Below, one piece after another: positions 1-8,564 of a stretch of DNA of 64,000 bases. The DNA is from an uncultured Ignavibacteria bacterium. GTDB taxonomy: Bacteria > Zixibacteria > MSB-5A5 > SM1-73. The DNA is taken from NCBI GenBank assembly GCA_964588305.1, contig CAZPOP010000008.1, forward strand, positions 12,145 to 76,144, written 5' to 3'. Below the pieces are notes generated by a model. It was not told the origin of the DNA. It was given only the letters and a program-made list of their open reading frames with translations, and made no database searches. A program made the position numbers and the translations under genes. Numbering within the stretch: position 1 is the first letter of the stretch; the number at the start of each line of letters is the position of its first letter.

Positions 1-435
1 GGGTCGTACCAGAAGTCCGATTTTCCAGGAGGAGAGGTTATCGTAATCTTCGTATCTCGATCCAAACCAACTGTAACCGGTGCCCCAATAAAGGCCATCT
101 GACAACTTGACCCCGTGAGCTAAGGTGTATTTCCGATAGGTTTGCGAAGTCACGTTTCCCAGCCATTCAACCGAGAACGCCAATCCTCCTGAGGAAAGAA
201 ACCAAGCATTATCCCCTTCAAAGCTTGAGTCGGAATAAGTATGGAAGAAGCTGGATTGAAAACCTCTTCTCAGTCCCAGCCCGGCAGGATTACACTTTGC
301 CGCAAGTATATCGTCGGAAACGGCCACAGAATTGTAGGGAATCACAAAGCTATCCGTAGGGGATTGGTAGGAAAGAGCGGAAACGGCACACAGACCTAAG
401 AAGACAACCGAAATGATAAGGCTTTTTCCCCTCAT
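1..435 (-). CDS. Secreted protein, partial (runs off the window edge); N-terminus resembles the long-form signal peptide peptidase SppA (S49) of FCB bacteria
   Basis: Manual translation from the ATG at 435 (GGAGG upstream): MRGKSLIISVVFLGLCAVSALS...SVAVSDDILAAKCNPAGLG...WKIGLLVRP, open to position 1. It has a signal peptide and an NPAGL motif followed by beta-strand-like sequence. No peptidase domain lies in the window, so SppA is inference. Confidence 0.5.
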   Translation of the reverse strand, partial: MRGKSLIISVVFLGLCAVSALSYQSPTDSFVIPYNSVAVSDDILAAKCNPAGLGLRRGFQSSFFHTYSDSSFEGDNAWFLSSGGLAFSVEWLGNVTSQTYRKYTLAHGVKLSDGLYWGTGYSWFGSRYEDYDNLSSWKIGLLVRP

Positions 436-975
436 TTTTGGCCTCCATAAATGGTTTGGAAGTTTAAGGGTTCAATGGTTCAAGAGTTCAAAGGTTTATA
501 AGAATACGGTCTGAAATGGACCTTCTCCATTTGATCTGTTTAATCCGTCGACTGTTTTCCCTCAAGTAGATTCTTCCTCTTTCGTCTCTGCTCATTTGGG
601 TCTTGGATTCCCCTTGTCCAGAAAATCCCTCAAAAATCGGGGTCGACTAGGTCAGTAAGATCGCTCGCTTTTGCAGTTGCTCACCTTCTCTTGGGGAGAG
701 ATCGAATTCTGAAGCGGAGCTGTATTCTTGGTTACTTCGGTAAAGCATGGTTGAGTTGGAATTATCGGGATTCTGACTAGACGGACCTGAGGAGAATCCG
801 GTTCCGTACAGAACCGTAATAACGCTGAATAGAAGGAGTGAAATCTTCAGGTTTTTTTTCACCCGCATTCTCAATTCAAAAGGGCTCGAATGGCACCTCC
901 GGTTTATAATACGGTTTCCGGTTTGGAGAGTTTCATGAACAATTCTCCAGCTCCCTCTGGCGCGCCTTTGAATCT

Positions 976-1542
976 TCATTCTTCTGCCGTGATCCTTCTT
1001 TTGTGTAAAAATCTGCGTATCAGCCAGACCGTTACGCCCAAGGCGATAATTACCGCCACTATCAGCATCTCAAGGTGTTTGATTTGCCCAATCAAAGCCT
1101 CCAGGCCTGCCCCGAACATATAACCCAGGTTTGCCATGATTATGGCCCACACCAGACAGGAAACAAAAGCCAGAGGCAAAAAGTTTCTTGGCCTCATTCT
1201 CATCAAGCCGAAGAAGGCAGCCGAAGCCAATCTTAGGCCATAAAGATAGCGGGTGATGAAGATGGCCCATATCCCATATCTGTCAAAAAGCCTTTTTGCC
1301 TTGGGATAATAGATTTTGGCCTGGGGTAGCTTGGTGATGATTCCCTGTCCCTTTTTCCTTCCGAGAAAGTATAGCGTGACATCTGCCAGGTAAGTTCCGG
1401 CCATTGCCAGCATTATGATGAGATACAGATTTAAGTAACCTCTTTTGGCCAGAAAGCCAGCCGTTATCAGAAATGACTCGCCTTCCAGAAGAGAGCCAAA
1501 AAAGAGCGCAGGATAACCGAAATTGGTGATTAGATTCTCCAT
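976..1542 (-). CDS. DedA family membrane protein
   Basis: Motifs LLEGE, AGFLA, G-T-Y-L-A-D-x-x-L-Y-F-L-G-R and RYLYGLR are typical of DedA/SNARE-associated proteins. Confidence 0.92.
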   Translation of the reverse strand: MENLITNFGYPALFFGSLLEGESFLITAGFLAKRGYLNLYLIIMLAMAGTYLADVTLYFLGRKKGQGIITKLPQAKIYYPKAKRLFDRYGIWAIFITRYLYGLRLASAAFFGLMRMRPRNFLPLAFVSCLVWAIIMANLGYMFGAGLEALIGQIKHLEMLIVAVIIALGVTVWLIRRFLHKRRITAEE

Positions 1543-1786
1543 AAGATTCTGTTTTTTCTAAGTCGCACAGATCTTACGATCCGGTTCAACTCCAAGATGT
1601 CTTGAATATAACCGGATATTGATTCTGAAGGCAAGCGATTTTTCGGGGTTGTGATTGCTTTTTGCGACATGATAGAGCCATTCATAGTGTCAGGAACAGA
1701 GGCGAAGCCTTCATAAAAATCGCCTCCGTTTTTCTCAAAGCCTGTGCGAGAGAACCCGCGTCGGTGTGGGGGAAACCCAAACGCCT

Positions 1787-1905
1787 TCCTGCTTGCTTAT
1801 CTTATCAGGGCCGTAGGAAGCCTTCGAAAATAACTCGGTCCAGTCTCTTAAAGAACTGGGGGGGTAAGCCGATAAGAACAATACAAGGTTCGAAAGCAAG
1901 CAGGA
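1787..1905. repeat. 12-bp perfect inverted repeat flanking the sigma-28 promoter
   Basis: TCCTGCTTGCTT (1787-1798) and AAGCAAGCAGGA (1894-1905) are exact reverse complements. Confidence 0.75.
1849..1875 (+). promoter_or_regulatory. Sigma-28 (FliA/SigD-type) promoter of the fimbrial-like operon
   Basis: TAAAGAAC-N11-GCCGATAA versus consensus TAAAGTTT-N11-GCCGATAA. Confidence 0.75.
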
Positions 1906-1963
1906 CATCTGTTGGCCTGAAGACAAGGAGGACGTGCTCGTATTAGTAGTATATAGGTTATAA

Positions 1964-2058
1964 AGGACTGTTTTTGTCAGACCAAAGTTGGGGACGGTCT
2001 GGTCTGCAAGAGATGCAGAGACGAGCCAGATTGCGCCCCAACTTTTTTTTGCAGTCCT
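1964..2058 (+). terminator. Long hairpin with a U-tract in the 5' leader (possible attenuator)
   Basis: Stems AGGACTG/CAGTCCT, AAAGTTGGGG (1984-1993)/CCCCAACTTT (2036-2045), inner TCTGG/CCAGA and TCTGCA/TGCAGA; run of 8 T at 2043-2050. Confidence 0.5.
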
Positions 2059-2134
2059 ACGGCGCCCTGAAACGTGAAACTAAAAAGAAAACAACAATTC
2101 ACATATTAAACCAAAGAGGGGGGTGAGAAATATT

Positions 2135-2620
2135 ATGAAGAAGCTGATAGTTGGTACAGCTGTCCTGGGGGTTGTCCTCGGGCTGACAGGATTGGCCATG
2201 GCGGCTAACACCGCTGACCATACGGTAACTGTGACGGTTGAAGCTATCAATGAGGCTGCCATTACTGGGGGGGACCTTATCCTTACCATCAATAGCGCCA
2301 CTGCCGGATCCGAGCCCGACGACGCAGTGGATAATACCACTTGTGACTTGGCCTGGACCACGAACGAAGCCACTAAAAAGATCACAGTGGAAACGGATCT
2401 GGTGGCTCCGACTTTTGCCCTCAAAGCTCTGGCTCAAAACGTCACCGGTGGGACCGCAGCGATTGAGGTAACTCTTAGCACAACAGCCACCAATTTTGTT
2501 ACTGGCGTGGACAAGACAACTGGCGGCTGCGACTTACAGTACACCGCAAGTGCTACCGCAGCTCAAGGAATAGGAAGTGATATTCATAAAGTTACCTATA
2601 CCCTTACAGATGGACCTTAA
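2135..2620 (+). CDS. Putative major fimbrial subunit (non-canonical chaperone-usher / WxL-like)
   Basis: Sec signal peptide (..LAMA|A). The mature protein is Thr/Ala-rich and beta-type, with an N-terminal alternating strand HTVTVTVEAI, two Cys and a C-terminal strand KVTYTLTD. First gene of the operon; ATG 2135 chosen after GAGGGGGGTGA. Confidence 0.65.
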   Translation: MKKLIVGTAVLGVVLGLTGLAMAANTADHTVTVTVEAINEAAITGGDLILTINSATAGSEPDDAVDNTTCDLAWTTNEATKKITVETDLVAPTFALKALAQNVTGGTAAIEVTLSTTATNFVTGVDKTTGGCDLQYTASATAAQGIGSDIHKVTYTLTDGP

Positions 2621-2634
2621 GTGAGGCTGATAGC

Positions 2635-2658
2635 GGGCGGACCTGCAAAGGTCCGCCC
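2635..2658 (+). terminator. GC-rich hairpin after the major subunit gene (mRNA-stabilising or partial terminator)
   Basis: GGGCGGACCT-GCAA-AGGTCCGCCC: 10-bp stem, GNRA loop, no U-tract. Confidence 0.6.
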
Positions 2659-2694
2659 TGGAAAGATCCACGCTCTTCCCGTCAGATTTACAAA

Positions 2695-3180
2695 ATGCGA
2701 ATAACAACCAAGCTCTTAATTCTGCTCATTATACTTGTGTCAATTACTCTATGGAAAAAGATAGAGGCAATTGACATTGTCGTAACTGGCGACTGGCTCT
2801 TGACCGTCGATGCCTCAGATTTACAGGCTGGTGCCGGAAGCGACCTTATTGATACCTACGAAAGCATAGCTGATGCAATATCCATAAGTATTTCCGGGAC
2901 GACGGGTGCTTCAGATAATTGGCGAGTGGATGTCAAAAAGGTAGATACTGACTGGCATAGTAGTTTCTATCTATATGTTAAAAGAACCTCTGGGGGCACA
3001 GGAGGCAGCGTCTCCGGCGGAACAGCTTATCAAGAAATAACAGATGTGGACCAATCTTTCTTTGACGGTAGCGATGATGTAAGTGGGATAAATATCCAGT
3101 TAAAACTAAGTGGTGTTTCCGTACAAATCCCACCTGATACTTACACCACCACGGTCTATTATACGGTAGTTGACATTTGA
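2695..3180 (+). CDS. Putative minor fimbrial subunit
   Basis: Signal peptide; shares a DLxAGAGSD/TAGSE-like segment with the upstream subunit; C-terminal strand PDTYTTTVYYTVVD typical of Ig-fold pilins. Confidence 0.6.
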   Translation: MRITTKLLILLIILVSITLWKKIEAIDIVVTGDWLLTVDASDLQAGAGSDLIDTYESIADAISISISGTTGASDNWRVDVKKVDTDWHSSFYLYVKRTSGGTGGSVSGGTAYQEITDVDQSFFDGSDDVSGINIQLKLSGVSVQIPPDTYTTTVYYTVVDI

Positions 3181-3197
3181 TTAAAAGGAGAACACCC

Positions 3198-4013
3198 ATG
3201 AGGCAAAGAATCGGAATTATCTGCGCCGCTTTGTTTTCGTGCTTGTTGATGCTGCACGTAGCCGAGGCGGGGGTGGTTATCGTGGGCAGCTTGACCCATG
3301 AAGGGGAAGCGGCAGTGGGTGAATCCTATCAGGGCGTCATCTTTGTCCGAAACCCCTTGGAGGAGCCTGCAGAGGTAAAGATCTATCAGACCGATTACCT
3401 GTTTTTCTCCAACGGCACCAGCCTTTATGGTGAGCCCGGCAAGATCGGGCGCTCCAATGCCAGGTGGATCAGCTTCAGCCCGCATCGGCTGATAGTCCCA
3501 CCCCGAGAAAAATCTGCGGTCGAATATACCGTAAAGGTACCGCAGGATGAGACTCTGACGGGAACCTACTGGAGCATGCTCATGGTAGAGGAGATTCCAA
3601 GAAGCTCACCCGAGGCCAGTGAGCCAGATAAAGGCGAAGTGGAGTTGGGAATAAGACAGGTGATGCGCTACGGCATTCAGATGCTGACTCATATCGGCGA
3701 TACCGGGACGCGCAAGATCAAGTTTTCCGATAAGAAGCTAATCAGCCAGGATGGGAAGACAATTCTTCAAATGGACATCGAAAACGTTGGGGAAAGGTGG
3801 CTCACTCCCAGCGTGTGGGTGGAACTCCATAACCAGGGGGGAGGAGAGGTGAGCCGGCTTGAAGGAGGTCAAAGGCGGATCTACCCAAGCTGTTCGGTGA
3901 GATATCGGATCGATTTGACAGATGTTCCCAAAGGGAGCTATAAGGCCCTGGTGGTGGCCGACAACGGAGACGAATACGTCTTCGGTGCCAAGTACGATTT
4001 AGGAATCCAATGA
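3198..4013 (+). CDS. Putative periplasmic fimbrial chaperone (PapD/EcpB- or DUF916-like)
   Basis: Signal peptide; WISFSPHRLIVPP and GTYWSMLMVEEIP motifs typical of pilus chaperones; second Ig-like domain with ENVGERWL. ATG 3198 follows AGGAG. Confidence 0.7.
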   Translation: MRQRIGIICAALFSCLLMLHVAEAGVVIVGSLTHEGEAAVGESYQGVIFVRNPLEEPAEVKIYQTDYLFFSNGTSLYGEPGKIGRSNARWISFSPHRLIVPPREKSAVEYTVKVPQDETLTGTYWSMLMVEEIPRSSPEASEPDKGEVELGIRQVMRYGIQMLTHIGDTGTRKIKFSDKKLISQDGKTILQMDIENVGERWLTPSVWVELHNQGGGEVSRLEGGQRRIYPSCSVRYRIDLTDVPKGSYKALVVADNGDEYVFGAKYDLGIQ

Positions 4014-7000
4014 TGAAAAAAGCTCTTGGTTCCTTCCTTTGTTTTCTTCCCCTTTTATTTTCTTCGAGTTTTGGTGGAGACAACGGTCAGTGGGTTGAGG
4101 TCAGGTCAAGTTCTTCTCAACTTCTGGAAATAGAATCGGGCCAAATCGTCACCGGAAGTTTCTTGGTCTCCAACCGTACCGAGAGGGAAGAGGAGTTTTT
4201 CGAGAAACTAACCCTCCCAGCCGGCTGGCAGGAAATCGTCTCCGAGGAGTTTCCTCTTAAACTAAGACCAGAGGAGCGACAACTCAGGCTAGTTGCCTTC
4301 TACGTTCCTCTCACCTCGCCCGCAGGTCGCCACCAAATCAGCTATTCGGTTCAAAGCCAGAGGGGCCCAAATATGGCAGATAGCGATACCATAGAAGTGG
4401 TGGTCTTGCCGGTGACAAAGCTGGAGATCTTAGTGGAGGAAAAACCGGAGGTGGTGATTGCCGGGGAGGCCTATCAGGTGAGGTTGCGTCTGGTTAACAA
4501 AGGTAATGGCGGAATCGACGCAAAACTCAAGATAGGATCAACTCCCGATTATCCCATCAGCGTGAAACCATGTGAGATAGCGTTAGAATCCGGAAAGTCT
4601 CAGATCATAAGCGTTGAGATAAAGACGGATGAAGGGTTGAGAAAGAGAATCAAAAACGTTCTCGAGATCGAAGCTGAGACAGAAGAATCAAGGAATGGTG
4701 TGGTTTCTCTCAAGCAGACGGTTCTAGTTGAGATTATTCCCAAAGTGACTGGTGAATCTGATCGTTACCATAGATTGCCCACCCGGGTGGCATTAATTGG
4801 CGCGGGCCAGGATGGAAAAAGCGGTCTTCAGGCAGAGTTTTCGGGTCGGGGCAGCTTGGACGAGGAGGAAACAAGGCAGGTTGACTTTCTGTTTCGAGGC
4901 CCTGACATTCAGGAGAGGAGCAGACGAGGCCAAAGAGACGAGTTCCGGCTCAGTTACCGCCACGGGCCGCTGACTGTTCATTTTGGAGACAGAGGTTTTT
5001 CCCTTTCCCCTTTGACCGAGAGATTCTATTATGGTAGAGGAGCGGAAGTGAGCATCCATCCCGCCAAGTTTGAAATCGGAGCTTTTTATTTAGAAAGCAG
5101 GTGGGAAGATCCAAAGGCAAGGAAGGTGGGAACGTATCTGGCGTATCGCTTCAATGATAAGTTTGAAATAAAGGGGAACTGTTTAGGCAAAAGCAAAGAC
5201 TCAACTTCCTCTTCCAACCGTTACCGGGTCAGAATCTACAGTGTCCAGACAGGAATAAACCTGAGTGAATGGATGCGCCTGGGCTTAGAATCTGGTTTTG
5301 CCCACGGTGAGAGAGAGGGCAAAATGAACGATTTAGCCTTTCGAATGGACTTAAGCGGTCGGATCTCCAATCAGGTTCGGTACTCTTTTGAGAAAACTCA
5401 TGCTGGACCGAAATATCTTGGCTATTACAATGACGCTGATTATACCAGTGGTACCATGACCTTTCCGATTTATGGCAAACTGCGAGGGAATCTCTCTTAT
5501 CGCTCCACCAAAAATAATCTGGATATCGATTCCACCAAGGAGACGGCTAATCGGGAAAAATCCTACCAGTCAAGTATCTTTTATTCTTTTCCTTTCGGCA
5601 CGCAGATTTCTTTACACTATAAAGACTTAATCAGAGAAGATGATGCCCAGCCAGCCAATTATGAGTACAGGGAAAAGACGTTGAGACTAGGAGTAGCACA
5701 GAGCTTTGGCAAATTGAGCCTAAACACTCATCTGGAAAGAGGAAAATTCGAAGATATGCTCCAGGCTGTCAAGGATGACAATTTGGAGAGATATAGCTTT
5801 TACTCTTCTTTTCGTCAGAGTAACGCGCAAACCTATAGCGTTTATGCCAGGATTGGACACGGCAGTTTTACACCCCACCCGGAAAGAACAAAAAGCGTGG
5901 GCATCTCCGGTTCCTGGAAGATTGGGTACAACCTTCTTTTCAAGCTGAACTATCAAAGGGACAATGCCGGCTCCGAGACAAGCGAACAGAGAGACAATGT
6001 TTTCTCCACTTTCACTTATACCTTCAAGAATGGCCACGCTCTGGTTTCGAAAACCCAATGGTCTAAGTATGAACAGAAAAGAGAGGAAGATTTTTCGTTT
6101 CTGGTGACCTATTCCATTCCCTTTAGAATTCCGGTAAGCAAGAAGAAAGGCGTTGGAGTATTGAAAGGTAAGGTTTACGATGACGAGAAAGCGGAAAGAT
6201 CGCCAATTTCAAAAGTCGTCCTAACGGCTGATGGAGCAACCGCCGTAACCAACCAGAAAGGCGAATTTGTCTTTCCGTCGCTTGCCCCAGGAGTCCACTA
6301 TCTGCGGGTGGAGAGAAGCTCGATCGGACTCAATCGGGTCGCGACCGAAAAGATACCCATGATGATAGAGGTGAAGGGCGGCCAGACCGCCGAGATCGAG
6401 ATCGGAGTGGCTACGTCCGGTAGAATCCTAGGCCGGGTGGCAGTGTGCGCCCCCCATTCCGACAAAAACTTTGGTGACCGGGACACTTCGGTTGTTTCTG
6501 GTTCGATGGCGTCTCCCCAGGGCATGGAAAACACCCTTTCTACCGAGCCCGAAGGGCCAGCATCATCGGTGACGCTTCTTAAAACAAAAGAGGCCATCTC
6601 GGTTTGTCCGGACGTCTCATTCGCCATGAGATGCATCACAGAAGGTGAAGAGAGAGTATATTTCTCCGGACAAGAGGTTTCTTTAAAAGCCAGCTTTGAA
6701 GGAATTGTCCTTTCTGTCAGGGAGAAAGAGGTGATCGAGGAGAGAATAGAAAAGATGGTTTTCATCCCCCAAAGCGAAAGGTTCTGTTTTTCCCTGAATG
6801 GGATAGAGCATAGGGGAATCCTGGAGGTGATCTTCGTGGCTGAAGACTCATCTCTTTTGGCCTTGAGCCGGTTGCCGCCGGAGGGCTATGCCAAAGGGAC
6901 GGTCCCTTTTGGAGAGGAAAACCAGGGTGTCTCCGAATCTGAAGCCTTTGCAGCCCGCACGGTGACCGCTTCAAGTGAAAGTCTGTTTTTGATAGGCCCC

Positions 7001-7324
7001 GGTGAAGACGTGGATGGGGAGGAAGATGACGAGACGAAGGGGAGAGGATTGGCTGGCACCTTAGTGGAGATCACCGAAGGACAAGAGGTCTTACGGCAAC
7101 TCACCGATGAGGAAGGAAGGTTTTCTTTTGAAGATATAAGACCCGGCAGATGGGAGCTGAAAATCCGTGACTACCATCTGCCCACTCATCATTACCTGGA
7201 GCAGGACGAGTTTCAGGTCGAGTTGAAACCGGGAGAACAAAAGGAAGTCGAGGTAAGAGTGTTGCCCCGGCTCAGGCCCATTCAGATCATAGACGAAGGC
7301 GAGATCGAGGCGGAGGGCAAATAA
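4010..7324 (+). CDS. Large outer-membrane usher-like protein (N-terminal NEW3/Ig-like domains, beta-barrel, C-terminal carboxypeptidase-regulatory-like domains)
   Basis: Signal peptide; LPAGW and VNKGN Ig-like repeats; long amphipathic Tyr/Ser-rich strand region; TNQKGEFVFPSLAPG and TDEEGRFSFEDIRPG Cna-B-like motifs; overlaps the chaperone stop codon. Confidence 0.65.
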   Translation: MMKKALGSFLCFLPLLFSSSFGGDNGQWVEVRSSSSQLLEIESGQIVTGSFLVSNRTEREEEFFEKLTLPAGWQEIVSEEFPLKLRPEERQLRLVAFYVPLTSPAGRHQISYSVQSQRGPNMADSDTIEVVVLPVTKLEILVEEKPEVVIAGEAYQVRLRLVNKGNGGIDAKLKIGSTPDYPISVKPCEIALESGKSQIISVEIKTDEGLRKRIKNVLEIEAETEESRNGVVSLKQTVLVEIIPKVTGESDRYHRLPTRVALIGAGQDGKSGLQAEFSGRGSLDEEETRQVDFLFRGPDIQERSRRGQRDEFRLSYRHGPLTVHFGDRGFSLSPLTERFYYGRGAEVSIHPAKFEIGAFYLESRWEDPKARKVGTYLAYRFNDKFEIKGNCLGKSKDSTSSSNRYRVRIYSVQTGINLSEWMRLGLESGFAHGEREGKMNDLAFRMDLSGRISNQVRYSFEKTHAGPKYLGYYNDADYTSGTMTFPIYGKLRGNLSYRSTKNNLDIDSTKETANREKSYQSSIFYSFPFGTQISLHYKDLIREDDAQPANYEYREKTLRLGVAQSFGKLSLNTHLERGKFEDMLQAVKDDNLERYSFYSSFRQSNAQTYSVYARIGHGSFTPHPERTKSVGISGSWKIGYNLLFKLNYQRDNAGSETSEQRDNVFSTFTYTFKNGHALVSKTQWSKYEQKREEDFSFLVTYSIPFRIPVSKKKGVGVLKGKVYDDEKAERSPISKVVLTADGATAVTNQKGEFVFPSLAPGVHYLRVERSSIGLNRVATEKIPMMIEVKGGQTAEIEIGVATSGRILGRVAVCAPHSDKNFGDRDTSVVSGSMASPQGMENTLSTEPEGPASSVTLLKTKEAISVCPDVSFAMRCITEGEERVYFSGQEVSLKASFEGIVLSVREKEVIEERIEKMVFIPQSERFCFSLNGIEHRGILEVIFVAEDSSLLALSRLPPEGYAKGTVPFGEENQGVSESEAFAARTVTASSESLFLIGPGEDVDGEEDDETKGRGLAGTLVEITEGQEVLRQLTDEEGRFSFEDIRPGRWELKIRDYHLPTHHYLEQDEFQVELKPGEQKEVEVRVLPRLRPIQIIDEGEIEAEGK

Positions 7325-7823
7325 CTCAATCTATTCCTGCTCTTGCTGCACGACTGATTGTTTCGGGAATTGTCGGTAAACTCCAGATTGTATTCCAATA
7401 TCCAAACGCCTGATCAGGATAGGTTCTTTTGATTTGCTCAGATACATTCTACATGTCTTGAATCGTCGCCTCAGAAGAGATACAACTGTTCGGAACCCTG
7501 GCCAGAGACGGCCGAATCCAGCCCCCCGGGCTATCTTTTTGTTTTTGGAAAAAGACTGGCTGTCCGCTTGCGAAGATAAGTTCGGAAGCCGATAATCATA
7601 AGAAGGGGAGGAATTCCTCTTGAGGTGAGAAAAAGTGAGAAAGAGCGGAGTCGACCATAAGGTCAGGAATTTAACCTTACGGAAAGCCAGACCGGTGCTA
7701 AGGCTTTCTAGCACCGCTTTAAAAAAAGGTCGGTTTACCCTGGTAGTTTTTCGCGCATTGTAAGAAGAATTGTTAAACGTTCGTTGACTTGTCGCAAAGA
7801 ATGAACTGTCCGAGCAGGCTGAT

Positions 7824-8381
7824 ATGGATACGATAAGAAAAATCTTGCTGGTTTTTCTAGGTGACACCCTGGTGATGCTTATCTCCTGGGCCGCTTTGAG
7901 CCTGATAATCCTCGGCATTAGATTCCATGCAGGCTCACAGGCTGATCTGGTGAAGATACTCTCCATTCACTCCTACGTCATCGCTATGTTTTGCTACGCC
8001 TTCTATCTGATCTTCGATCTTTGCGAACATATCTCAACCCAGAGCAGATTGAACAAAGTCAAGGGTCAGAAATCAGGAGCGTCCGGGAAAGAATCTTTGG
8101 AATCTAAGCTGCTCCTCCGCCTTGTTCTTACCAGGACGGTTAAGGTTATGGTGATCTGTTTGACCCTCACTTTGGTCTCTTGGTTTGTATGGTTAGGGAA
8201 GTATACTCTTGGATCTTTCCTTGCTGGCGCGACTTTGGCTTTCTTGGTCTTTTGGGCATTGAGTCTCTTGAGGCATCACCTGGGATACCTGCAGGACAAA
8301 GACGGTTCGGGTACTACAGAAGAGATAGGGAAGCTCACCGGTCCGGAAGAGATTATGCCAAAGGCCACAGTTGACGACTGA
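7824..8381 (+). CDS. Hypothetical membrane protein (about 4 TM helices)
   Basis: 185-aa ATG-started ORF with four hydrophobic segments; no family recognised. Confidence 0.5.
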   Translation: MDTIRKILLVFLGDTLVMLISWAALSLIILGIRFHAGSQADLVKILSIHSYVIAMFCYAFYLIFDLCEHISTQSRLNKVKGQKSGASGKESLESKLLLRLVLTRTVKVMVICLTLTLVSWFVWLGKYTLGSFLAGATLAFLVFWALSLLRHHLGYLQDKDGSGTTEEIGKLTGPEEIMPKATVDD

Positions 8382-8564
8382 GCCTCGATAGACGGTCTCT
8401 AGCGCCTTATCCCTGTTTATTCCGCCAAGTTAGAACCGAAACAGAAAGCACCGCGGACTTAAGTTCTTGCCCCGGAATGGATGCCTTCTGCGGGACTTTG
8501 CAGGCCAGAGCGAAGTACCCAAAGCCAGTTTTCATCAGGAATCGGGCTGGCTAAGGAGAAATCT

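Noticed and set aside
466-497. Short tandem GGTTCAA-like units upstream of the first gene
   Set aside because: Only 3-4 degenerate 8-9 bp units with no spacers; not a CRISPR array and no assignable function.
647-979. 110-aa minus-strand ORF (and + ORF 890-1123) next to dedA
   Set aside because: No recognisable motifs or convincing RBS; cannot be supported as a gene, though not excluded.
1690-2134. c-di-GMP riboswitch upstream of the fimbrial genes
   Set aside because: The GEMM-I (GGCAAA..GAAA..GACGCAAAGC) and c-di-GMP-II signatures were not found by eye.
7569-7595. Perfect sigma-28 -10 box GCCGATAA (7588-7595) upstream of the gene at 7824
   Set aside because: No TAAAG-like -35 element at the correct spacing; left uncalled.
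7331-7966. 211-aa minus-strand ORF
   Set aside because: Overlaps the more plausible + strand membrane protein; composition does not resemble a known protein.
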